From assembly GCA_002269645.1 (NCBI GenBank), contig NIVC01002014.1:124001-188000 (forward strand): a stretch of DNA of 64,000 nt. Reading direction: 5' to 3'. This document shows, piece after piece, positions 26,123 to 37,700 of the stretch (positions are counted from its first letter, which is position 1; each line of letters begins with the position of its first letter). This stretch comes from Macrostomum lignano. Lineage: Eukaryota. The notes under the pieces are model-generated. The model was not told the DNA's origin. It did no database searches and was given only the letters and a program-made list of their open reading frames with translations. A program made the position numbers and the translations under genes.

Positions 26123-26769
26123 CAAAAGCCTAAGTGCTAAAATCACTTTTTGTAAGCCAAAAAATAGATGATGTAGGCAAGATCCTATGCTGGTCTGGCT
26201 CTATAGATTACATAACTTTTGGCTTAAGGGCTAGCAGCATAGTGCCCATTTTGCAGACAGTGGGGTATATGCCAGAAAATTCTAGTATATACTTGATTTC
26301 TGTGGCGTATACCAGTGTATATTTCTTGGCTGTGTATAGTGTGGCATACAGTGTGGTGTATGGCAACTGGCATAGAAATTAATATAAAGAATTATTCGTG
26401 TTTTTTCTGTGTTAAGTTATTTCAAAAACCTTTTTTTGCTACTATTTTCTCATTTACTAATCATTTTATTACTGGAATTGTCACGACAATTGTCATGTCA
26501 TTATCAATTTTTTGTAGTTTAAATTTAAATTTAAATATTTGTTGCTTTTTTACCATTTTTTAAGTTGGTGTACATTTAAAATCTATTGGCATACAATTAA
26601 AAATTCAATAAAAATGTGTCTGGCGTATACAGAAAACCTTCCGTAATATGGCATAGTGCTAACTCCTATTAGGTCATATACTATCCCAGTATAAAAAGTT
26701 GCATCTGATAGATGACAAATTGTCTTTGTCGATAAGTACCCCTTATGTATGTCCTAATAAGAGGGCCTA

Positions 26770-27367
26770 TGGGGTGCATGTCAAAATGGCCACACACAAA
26801 ATGTCCTCACGATGGGATAGCCACACCGTCAAAATGGCCACACATCAAAATGGCCATATATCAAAATGGCCACATATAACAAATTTTTACAAGTTGTGTA
26901 TGCGTGAGTTAGTTTAGTTGAGTGAGTTAGTTGAATCAATTTAATGTTAGTTTATTTCATCATACAATGTGCAAATATGTTTCTAAAGTTATTTAATTAA
27001 GTCTTTATGCTAATGTGTCAAGTTATTCGAGTTATTAGATACTTGCTTATAGTCCAATGTTTATAGACTTTGTAAGAAATTGCAGATTGGATTCGAAATT
27101 CGACTTGATAATAAATGCATAGGATAATTTCAAATAAGTATGCAAACAAGTTTATATGTCTTTAAACAAATATGTGCCACAAAGTAAAATTAAAATTAGT
27201 AAAGTCAATAAAATTAGGTTGATGTCCTAATTTCAAATGTCTGGCCATGATGGTGCAGCCATTCAAATTTGTTATATGTGGCCATTTTGACGTGTAGCCA
27301 TTTTGACAATGTGGCCATTCTGTTGTGAGGCCATTTGGTGTGTGGCCGTTTTGATGTGGATTCAGCC
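26770..27367. mobile_element. Decayed MITE-like element with TCAAAATGGCCAC subterminal arrays in inverted orientation
   Basis: 4-5 motif copies at 26780-26880 and inverted copies at 27240-27360. GCCTAT flanks both ends (possible TSD). Confidence 0.5.
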
Positions 27368-28770
27368 TATGGTCATGCAGATACTGATAAAACAAAAATT
27401 TTGGATGGTTGTTGGACTGATAGATTTTTGCACTATTATGGTTATAAGTATATACTATTATGGTTATAAGTAGACATTTAAAGATAGGCCTATTAAAGAC
27501 TCAAATGCAGAAAATTGAAATGGCTTAATTGTTGCCCAAATTTTAATGCCTCATTGTTGTTTTATTGTAAGTGTTATTAAAAAGCATATAAAAGTTTAAA
27601 GTATTTAAAAAAATATACAAGTGTTTTATAATAAAGGCTTCAACACAAAACAGGAAAAAATGTGACATTTTATAATTACAAGTATTAGGGCCTACAAATA
27701 ATGTGCAAAAAATATTGAAAAATAGTTTAAAATTGCTTGGAGAAGCCAATAGTAAACTATTAATGCTTTAATATCATAAAAGTTTTGAGATAAATTATTT
27801 ATTTGTCATTGGATGACAACAAAAGTTGGGGTCTTTGTGCTGGGTACAAAAACTCAGTAGGCCTAGCAGTAGCAAGGCTAGAAGCGATAGCCACTTCCAG
27901 CGAGCTGCAGACCTCTTAGCAGCATGCTTTAGGATGCATGCCATTTCTTTTTTGATGGCCTATTCTGATGGCTTCAATTTATCATATGGATAGATAAGCA
28001 CAATTGTGTCTGTGGTAGGAAAAGTTGTATAATTTTTGTAGCACTCATACAGAAAATTAATTTTAATTACTCTCAGTAGTAGAAAAATAATTTTTATTAG
28101 CAGTCTTTTTTAAACTGTTTTTAACCAAGGATAAGATTTGCATTGTTTTTGCCTACTCTGCATTTTATCTTCTATAATATAGCATATACTCATATTTCAT
28201 ATAAGCTTACTTATATTCAATGGTGGGAAGTTATTTCATCTTCCAATGTTAATTCAAACAATAGTTTTCAGCAAACTCTCAAGTCGTTTTTTCTTCTCAG
28301 CCACTATTTGGTATAGCATATAGACTGTTGGGTCCAAATCTATTGTAAGGATCCAGCAACACTTATAGAACAATAGCATTGTACTATTCACCTTAGTACT
28401 TTGCCCTAACATGTATTGGGCTCAGATAATAGTGGTTCATATTGTTTAAAGCTGTCTAGTTCTCACTAGTAAAACTTGAATATTTGTTGTCTAGCTTAAC
28501 CTCCTCTTCCAACCTTTCAACAATTTGGCTGTCCTCAATAAAGAAAACTATGTATTGTGTCATTGTCTTAGAAATAACAAATTTATCTTAATAGCAAAAC
28601 ACAAATCACTGGGTATAATGTCTTTCTATGCCAATTTAAAGTTATATTTCTTCCTTATTTGGCTCTCTATTCCTCATAACCAACCCTGTCATTTGGCAAA
28701 TTCCAAGGTCCATTGAAACCCAAAACTGAATTCCAATTGGCTCACCACTCGTAAAGTAAGTTAATGGTAG

Positions 28771-30722
28771 ATTAAGTCTATGGTTTCAGACTCGGATAAT
28801 GATCACAGTCACGAGTGGCGAAGCCACGAGTGACTGCTGATCATTATTTAATTCTGAAACCATAGACATAATCGCATTATCATATAGACTAGCGTTTTCG
28901 GTTGATCATTATGTAACGCCATTAAGCCACGCCATTAAGTAACGCTGCAGTGTCTTTGTGCCATAGATATTGGCTCGGCAGTGAGCAGGGACAAGGGGGC
29001 GCAGCTCCCTTGCGGGGGTGTGGGGGCAGAGCCCCCACTAATTGGACCATAGACAATTTTTTAGAATACAGTTCTCTAAATGAAAAGCTCGACCATGAAG
29101 TCTGTTAGGAAGTTAAGAACTAGAAGCAAGAAGCGAGAGAAATCGAATTAAAAATGCCTCTTATCAACTGGAAAAACCTACCGGTCGACAGTTTAGATGG
29201 CGTCTCGTCTACTGAACTAGATTTTCTGAGTGAACTGAGCGCCGTGAACCACAGTTCCGATGAAATTCTTGGAGATTTTATCGACTACCTGACTAAAATC
29301 GAGACGGCTGATGAGGCCGCTGCGGTTTCTAGTGTCGAGCTTCCAGAACTATCTGATTTACCCAGTGCGATGGATGTTGCCGAACTGGAATCACTGCCAA
29401 GCACTACACGAGAACACATGTTTCTGTATGGCAAAATGTTCGTGGAGTTTTTGAAGAAACATGGTGCTGTGGATGTAAGCGTGATCAGTGACAGTCGCTT
29501 GGCCGAATTTTTAAGGTTCTTTTACTTCTGTCTAAAAAAATCTGACGGCAGTTGCTATTCGCCAGCTACGTTGGTCTGCATTCGTGCTGGAGTGCAGAGG
29601 TACTCGACTCTCGTGCTGAAGCGTCGAACAAATATTATTTCCAGTGACGAGTTCGCCACTGCCAACCGGATGCTGCGAGTAAAGGTGCGGCATTTTCATG
29701 CTGATGGAGGAACTGTCAATCAGCACGAGCCAATAGAAGAAGGTGATTTACAGAAAATGCGTGCTTATTTTGACCGTTCTACAGCAGAACGGTTGCAAGA
29801 TGAAGTACTATTTACGCTGCTGTATGTCCTGGGCGAGAGAGGTCAAGAACACCTGTCAAGTCTAAAGCAAGTTGGCACGCTCCAAGAAGAAGTCGACGCT
29901 GATGGGAATCCATATCTTGCGTTGCCGCCGTTAAAGACAAAAAACCAGACTAGCGATCCAACAAAATGCAAGGGAAATCAGCGCAAACAGAGTCGGATCT
30001 ACGGCGCTCAGCGGGAGTTGATCCTGCATTATCAGAGTTTGTTACCGCAGAATTCGTCCTCGTTCTTTCCGCGCCCTCTGACTAACAATTCGGGAGGACA
30101 AATTCGATTCTCTGCTACGCAAGTGCGCGGTGTCAATTGGTTGGCTGCATTCATGAAGCACGTTAGTAGTGTGTGCAACCTCTCCAAGCAGTACACGAAT
30201 CACTGCATACGCGTCACGCGTATTGCGGATCTTTTCGACAAAGGAATGCCTATGGGGGAGATAATGGCGGTAACGGGACAACGATCGGAGTCCACTGTTC
30301 GACGTTATCTCGCACGCAAGCGTGACAGAACCCTCAGGAAGGTTGCTACCGCTGTTAGTGACAATTTGGCCGCACCAACCGATGCGACTACGAGTGCAAC
30401 CACTAGTGCAACAGTCATGCAGCAAGCTCAAGTTGACCTGCGAAGTGTGCAACAGCCGATGTTTGCCAACTGCCTCTTCGATGGGTGCACGTTCAAATTC
30501 TAACAAAGAATATATAGCTCGTACTTATAAGTCTTAACTGTCGAAAATCAAATACTTTGGTATTCGTTTGCTTTGCTATATCCTCGATCTGTTTCCTGTT
30601 AAAGTTCTTGTTGCTTAAATTAATAAAAACAGTGAATTTCTCGCTCATAATCTATGGCAATTTATCGTGACTTAACAGCTTCATTAAAAAATGCATTAAA
30701 AAACGATAGTCTATATGATAAT
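28771..30722 (+). mobile_element. Crypton-type tyrosine-recombinase DNA transposon
   Basis: Single YR ORF, terminal sequences complementary to an internal site, 92-bp left hairpin (28776-28867) and AATAAA at ~30621. No RT or DDE gene. Confidence 0.85.
29154..30503 (+). CDS. Tyrosine recombinase (Crypton/DUF3504, KCTD1/ZMYM-related), 449 aa, intact frame
   Basis: SAM-like region (LAEFLRFFYFCLKKSDGSCYSPATLVCIRAGVQRY) and catalytic motifs GERGQE, KTKN, YTNHCIR and TGQRSESTVRRY. Confidence 0.9.
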   Translation: MPLINWKNLPVDSLDGVSSTELDFLSELSAVNHSSDEILGDFIDYLTKIETADEAAAVSSVELPELSDLPSAMDVAELESLPSTTREHMFLYGKMFVEFLKKHGAVDVSVISDSRLAEFLRFFYFCLKKSDGSCYSPATLVCIRAGVQRYSTLVLKRRTNIISSDEFATANRMLRVKVRHFHADGGTVNQHEPIEEGDLQKMRAYFDRSTAERLQDEVLFTLLYVLGERGQEHLSSLKQVGTLQEEVDADGNPYLALPPLKTKNQTSDPTKCKGNQRKQSRIYGAQRELILHYQSLLPQNSSSFFPRPLTNNSGGQIRFSATQVRGVNWLAAFMKHVSSVCNLSKQYTNHCIRVTRIADLFDKGMPMGEIMAVTGQRSESTVRRYLARKRDRTLRKVATAVSDNLAAPTDATTSATTSATVMQQAQVDLRSVQQPMFANCLFDGCTFKF

Positions 30723-32462
30723 TTAGTTTGAGACAAAGCTTCTACTATTAGTTAGTATTTGACTCTTTGACATAGAGACTAAAACCTTGAGAATGCCAGA
30801 CTGCTTTTCTTTGTTCTGCTTTGCCCACTGCTTCATTGAATGCCTTGTAGCATATCAAAACCAAGATTTATAGCTGTAGCTTGTAGAAATTATAAAACCT
30901 ATTCTATACATTGGTTTGTGAACCCTAGATCAAATGAAGAGGCTCAAAAAAGCTCTTTGTTATTGGGGGTATGAGTGACTAAACTAGAGGTAGCTAATTT
31001 AAAAAATATAAAAATATTGGAAGGAGAGGCTTGAGAGGCTTTCACTTGCTTCTTTACAGCAGCATCTCTTGCAACCAACCCATTACCCACTTGTTTGCTA
31101 TCAGTATCAAAGAAGCCTTTGAAGTGGTTCCTTTTCTATCCAACTCAGTCTCCCATAAAGTAAACAACCTTATGACTTTTAATCTAGATTGTAGTTTAGT
31201 TCACTGTTTCCACCAATCAAACAGAATAGTAACAATGTATTTGGTGCAGCTAGAAATTCAAATCCCTTGGGGAGTAGAAGGAGTGGGCCTGTACAGTATC
31301 AAAAATATAGTATGCTCATATTACTTTGCATTTTCTGGGGTCTCCTGTTGCCCCTTTGCTGCGCCAACACCTGAATAGAGAGGCTAACAAAAATTCCCAA
31401 ATTATATTACAGATAGATCAAACTCAATCAGTGTGCCCTCAAGAGCTTTTTTTTCTAAGATCAAAGTTAGTCCATTTATTGTCATTTTTTGAGTTTTTGT
31501 CAATAATTTCAGAAGTAATGACTGTAAAAATAATTAAATTTAAGAGAACTAGTGTTGAAAACTAATCAATTGAATAATTAAACCAACTTTTTAGTAAGTT
31601 CAAAGTAAGTCCATTTTTTCTACAAGGCAACCACCTAACCGAACCTAGCTTCTCTCTGTTCTTTCTTTCCAGAGACTTCTAAATATAAGAGCTTGACTGG
31701 CAAGGGTTTTGGGCCCCTTGCAAGATGAGACCTGCTTTTCTAGCCAATAGCTTTAGGGCTAATAGCAGTTTTGCATTGAAGCTGAACAAAAAACAGAGCA
31801 TTAACTGGGAAGCAAATAGTTTTTTGATATTGCAAACAATTTAAAGCTTTTAAATAAAAATTTTTTGTCAAAGTTTCCTTTCACTAACTTCATAAACAAA
31901 TATAGTAATTAATTCAATGTATTAAAATGCATTCATAATTGTATTGAAGTAAACACAATAGAAATGGATGTTGTTACATTTGCTCAAGTTGGTATATTAT
32001 AGGTATCTAGTCAATTGAATATTGAACTATTATATGAGTAGAATACAAAAATACACAAATGAGTGCTAGATTAAGTGCTAATTAGCTTTACAGATGAAAA
32101 ATTTTAGTCTTGATGGGCTAGTAGAAATGGAAAGCAAAAATTGCTTTAATAAATAATTGGCAAATGGGATGCAAATTTTGCAGGAAAATGGAGCGCTTAC
32201 TAAAGACTATCAATTAGAATTATTTAGCAAGTTTTAGCACTTATTCACTTATATTAAGATATTTAAATTTGTTGTTAAGCTTAGAACTTTTGTGCAGACT
32301 ATTTATCTTTTTGAAAGAACTAGATTCAATGGGTCACTTGCTCTGCATTATATTCTTTGATTTACTACATTGAGGTGTCACAAACACAAAAGAATATATC
32401 CACACAGCACAAATAAATATAGTAAAATAAAAAAACAATTACAAAACATAAAGCCATCTATC

Positions 32463-33172
32463 TTACTTGTTGGTACTGAGGCCAGAAAGCTTCGCTACTT
32501 TCCTGTTTCTTCTGGCAGTGCTGCTTTCTACTGACAGGTCCTTCGACAGATTTTTCATCATGCAGTTGAAGAAGAACCTGACCATGCCGTCCTGTATGTC
32601 ATGACCTTTAGAGCAGATTGTGCTTCCAAAGAAGCTCTCTGGGAAAACATCATCCTCCATTAGCTCATTAACTAGACAAAAGAACAGCGCCATCTGATTT
32701 GAAGCACAGAGCAATTGGCTTTGCAGCTTTTAATTTCCTCGAATACCTTCTAGCAGTGGCTTGCCAGATTAAAAACAACTTTAGTTGGCTTGGATAGGCC
32801 ACTGTGGTTGAGCTCATTGATGAAGGCAGCAATAGCTTGCTGAGTGAATTCATTTGATGCAAGCGGAGACAGGGAATTGGATGTAATTACCAGCAGGGCA
32901 GCTGTAGGCTTCGTCGACGAAATGTCTATTGCAGACATGCAAGCCTCTTTTGTGGATGAGTGCCAGCTCTGAGCTCAATGAATTCCAGTTAAAGCAGACA
33001 TTGCCATTCACTGTCACTGGCAACCACATGGTCGCTGGGAAAAGTATGTAGCCAAATACGCTCGTATGTGTCGCTTCATTTGATCTCAAAAATTGAATTT
33101 GTGCACCCATAGGCACAGCAGTACCTTGCATCAGAATTAATTTTTGGAGCAACTAGCAATTTTTCTTGCCAT
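32463..33172 (-). pseudogene. Remnant of a THAP-domain (P/THAP9-like) transposase, internally deleted
   Basis: Frameshifted THAP signature YCCAYGCTNS...LHTFP...W...VCNRHF, followed by a P-like C-terminus CSKGHD...FFNCMMKNLSK...RKVAKLS. Confidence 0.6.
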
Positions 33173-33975
33173 GCGCACACTGACGCTCACCCAAAGAGTA
33201 GACACTTTGAGCCATAGACTATAACACAAATTGGCTTAATTCAATGCAGAGTGAAATATCTAGTGTTTTATTATCTGCACTTGATCCACAAGATGAGATG
33301 AAGCTTGCACAGTCAGCTCTGCACATAGACAAAGCTGAGATAGTTCCAGGTAGGCAGTAAAACCTGCCAGCTACTTCAAAGTTATGGAAAGGTCTCTAAC
33401 TTAAAAAAATTCAAGTTCTTTCTAATAGAGATGGTCCCACAAGTTGGTAGTTAGAAGATTTTCAATGTTTAGTCTTGTGAATAAGCAAAACCACACATAC
33501 TTGCCAAGTGCTTTCCAAATAGCAATTAATGTGTACCAATCCATCTTTTCAAGTCAGAGAAAGTAGCTAAAAACATAATAAACTTTCCAGGTGTAGACCA
33601 TTATCCTGATGATGTTTGGTCACCAGTATCAAACTCTGGCTAGTAATGGAACAGATAAAGCTAAACATGACATAGCATGCCTCTAGATGGTACATTTGTC
33701 TATTGAAGCATTAGTGCAGCTTCATCATTGAAATTTTGTACTAGCAAGTAGAAGTGCAAGTCACATTCTGCTTTTGCTATTAAGGTCGTAGTGAAAGCCT
33801 TCTAATTTCTTGCTACTTATTAGTAGAAAATTTCCTTCAATTCTGCTTTTAATGAATGCAGAAGAAAAATTAACGCATCTAAATAGGCAATTTTAATATG
33901 CTAAAACTCCCACAGCCTCGTTTTGGACCTCCCCGTTGATCCCCAGTTAAATGAGGACTCAACGATCACCGGCCC

Positions 33976-34758
33976 ATGGCTGAGTCATTCGCTGCCGAGC
34001 TGGCCAGGCATTCGCGCGGCCTGGCCGAGTGCCGCAAGGAGGCGCTCAAACACCTGGCCCACCTGGCCCTGAGCTACAAGCGCCAGCCCAATGTCTGCAG
34101 GGCTGTGGTGGACCTGCTGTGCCAGCAGATGGACAAGGTATTCATTCATGGCCGCTACTCTAGCAGTCCCTGGCCCCGAAACTCTAGCAGTCCTTGGCCT
34201 CGCAACTCTAGCAGTCCCTGGCCCCGCAACTCTAGCAGTCCCTGGCCCCGCAACTCTAGTAGTCCCTGGCCCCGCTACTCTAGCAGTCCCTGGCCCCGCA
34301 ACTCTAGCAGTCCCTGGCCCCGCAACTCTAGCAGTCCCTGGCCCCGCAACTCTAGCAGTCCCTGGCCCAATCGCATTCGCAGACTGGCAGCGGCTCGGAG
34401 CGAGTCGGCCTGGCCTGCCTCGCCGACTGGCTGGCCCGCAGCAGCTCGGACGCCTACCGGCCTCTGTTGGCGCCGCACGCGGTGCGCATTTTTGCTAGCG
34501 CGCACCAACGCGCCGATTCGCAGGGCCGCGCCAGGCTGGACAAGGTGCGCCGGTCCTGGTGCGCCATGTTCCACCGCGCCGCTGCCGAGTTGGATCGCAT
34601 TGCTAGCGGCGGCAGCGGCGGAGGCGGTAGCACCATCCTGGGCCTGGACGTGGACGCGGACATTATAGTGCAGTTCGCGCTGAACAAGCAGGGAAAGTCC
34701 GAGCAGCGTCAGCAGCCGCAGGAGCAGCAGGACGCGCCGTATGATCCGTTTGTTGAGG

Positions 34759-34790
<32 letters not shown>

Positions 34791-37700
34791 CAAAAGCAGC
34801 AGAAGCGGCAGAACAGACAGCCGCCGCAGCTGACCGAGGCGGAGGCCGCCCAGCTGCTCATGTTCAACGCTGACGAGGGCAATCATGGCGGCGGCGGTGT
34901 CGAACCGGCCGGTGGGCCTGCCGGCATCAGCCAGGATGACAAGCGCAGCCTCTTGGCCTTCATCCATGATGAGCAGGTTGGGCTCGCTCTCTTGTTGCTG
35001 GGCAATTGCTGGTAGAGATCAGAGATTGTGGAGAGGTCAAAGGGATGGTAGAGAGGTCAAAGGGATGATAGAGAGGTCAAAGGGATGATAGAGTAGTCAA
35101 AGGGATGATAGAGTAGTCAAAGGGATGCTAGAGAGGTCAAAGGGATGGTGGAGAGGTCAAAGGGATGATAGAGTAGTCAAAGGGATGATAGAGTAGTCAA
35201 AGGGATGCTAGAGAGGTCAAAGGGATGGTGGAGAGGTCAAAGGGATGGTAGAGAGGTCAAAGGGATGATAGAAAGGTCAAAGGGATGGTAGAGAGGTCAA
35301 AGGGATGGTAGAGAGGTCAAAGGGATGATAGAGAGGTCAAAGGGATGGTAGAGAGGTCAAAGGGATGATAGAGAGGTCAAAGGGATGCTAGAGAGGTCAA
35401 AGGGATGCTAGAGAGGTCAAAGGGATGGTGGAGAGGTCAAAGGGATGGTGGAGAGGTCAAAGGGATGGTGGAGAGGTCAAAGGGACGGTGGAGAGGTCAA
35501 AGGGATGGTGGAGAGGTCAAAGGGATGGTGGAGAGGTCAAAGGGATGGGGGAGAGGTCAAGGGGGTGGCAACCATGCTTCTCAATTTGCTCAATAAAGCC
35601 TGCCCAACTCAACAATATCCCTCTCTCTCCCCAAGGCTCCGCTGTTCGCCAACCAAGACCGCAGCCAGTCGGACACAGCTCCACCGGTCTTTGTTCCGCG
35701 AATTGCCGCCGCCTCGACGGCCCCTGCCGCAGCGGCCACCGCGACGTCGTCTCTGCCGCCTCAGGATGTCGACATGCGCCAGCCGGCGCTGCAGCCGCGC
35801 CCTGCGCCAGCCAAGGCGCCGCCGCCGCCCCTGCCGCCGCCCCCGCCGCAGGCTGCCGCGGCTGCCGACCCGCCCGAGCCCGCTGTCCCGGCCGCCGTGG
35901 CCGCCCTCGTCGAGGACCTGTACGTGCCGCAGTGCAGCGACAGCCGGCCGGCGGCTCCGGCTGCCTACTGCTACTCGCCCGACCTGCGGCATCGCCGTCT
36001 CGTCAAGAACATCGACGAGGCGGCGTCGGTGTCGGCGCCAAAACGGCCGCGGTTTGACGGCTTCGAAGAGGCCTCCTCGCTGCTGCCCAAGCAGGACGTC
36101 GACATGAGACGGTTGCCGCCTTCCCGACCGCCGCAGGCGCCTCAACAGCCGCCTCAGCAACCGCCTCCTCCGCCCCAGCAACCACCTCCGCCGCCCCAGC
36201 AACCGCCTCCACCCCAGCAGCCCGCCCGTCATCAGCAGTCGCCTCGGAAGCAGTCGGGTCGCTGGCAGCGGATGCAGCTAGCCTGGCACGTGAACGTGCC
36301 CGGCTTTCCAGGCTTCCCTCAGATCGGCTTCGATCCCCGGCTGCTGCGCAAGGCCTACGAGTCCAAGAAGTACATCCCGGACCCCAACCTGTGCTGCCAC
36401 CCCTTGCTGCTGGAGGGCCTGTACCGTCCGCTGTTCACCAACAGGCTGCAGCCGTGCGCAGCCGTGGACGGCAAGCTGCGGGCGGTGCGGTACACCGGGC
36501 CGCCAGTCACCCTGCTGGTTGATGGCCAGAAATTCTCTGTGCCCACTGCTGGCATTGTGCGGCTGCAGCTGGCCTCTGGCAGGCTCGTACAGCAGCAGCA
36601 GAAAATGCAACAGCTGCAGAAGCAGAAACAGCCGGAGCACAGTGAGGTGAGTGAAGTTTTTATTTTGATTGAAATCATGTACCAATTTGTCTACTGCCAG
36701 TAGTGTGATAGTTGTTTAACTCTGCTCGCATGCGATACAAGAGCCAGGCTCTGAGAGCTAATCAAGAGGACGCTTCCTCTTGGACTGGGGGTACCGTTTT
36801 CATCGGGTTCGGAGTTCGGACTCTAGCATTGACAAAATGGCACTGCGATTCTAAGAAAGCTCATTTCTTTTGAACCAGTGCCTACTATTAGTGGTAGTAG
36901 TTTTCGGGCACTCGATGGGCCACTCAGTAAGCTGCTTTCAGTTCAGTAGTATGTTAAGCAAAAGGATTAGAATTATTTTTAAAGTCAAGGCTCATTTTAT
37001 TGGCTCTTACCCCCCTTCAACCGCGCCTTTTCACAATACCCCCGCCCGCCCCAATTTTTATTGCCTTTCATGGGATCCTGCCATGTACATTTCAGTGGAC
37101 TGGCCAATGTACATTATTGCTGAACCAATTAGCAAGCTGTTTACGCCTGCAAGCTTGGGCTTCTAAACTTACCAAAGTAATTTCAGCTGCCTTTTTTATA
37201 AAAAAGCTTACGTATTCTTCTTTGCTACTGAACTGAAATTAGAAAGTAGATTATATATATACTATTCTAAGTAGAAGTTGCGCGCATCTCCCCGCAGAAG
37301 AGGTGCGGCCCGTTCTACTCGGTGTGCCTGGGCGGCCCGCTGCACGAGCTGTGCATCGAGGGCCGGGCCCTGCGGGTGCAGTTCGGCGGCCCGCCGGTTT
37401 TCAAATCCATCGGCCGGGGCCAAACCGAGATCTGCGCCGAGCTGCAGCTGCCCGGAGCCGAGCCGCCCACCGTACTGCTGCCGGCCGTGCCCGACCAGCT
37501 CATCCACTGGGTGGACGCCGGCCGCTTTGGCCAGTTCCGGTCGCACGCACAGGTGGACCTGCCCCGGGCACCGGTGCCACCGGGCTACCGGGCCGTGTGG
37601 ACCTACACGGAGTACTCGGACCGGCTCAAGCCGCTCATTGCCGACCGCCTGGCCAAGATTGAGAGGAAGAACCGGCAGATGGGACTCCTGCCGCAGCCTG

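Noticed and set aside
27900-28570. Protein-like frame on the minus strand (YIVFFIEDSQIVERLEEE...VRAKY) with stops explainable as CAA/CAG/CGA to T changes
   Set aside because: Stop density is about what random AT-rich DNA gives, so coding origin cannot be supported.
10772-30722. Bacterial contamination suggested by IS630-, IS1595- and integrase-like ORFs
   Set aside because: Each has eukaryotic counterparts (Tc1-like, Merlin, Crypton), and they are embedded, with clean TSDs in some cases, among spliceosomal-intron genes.
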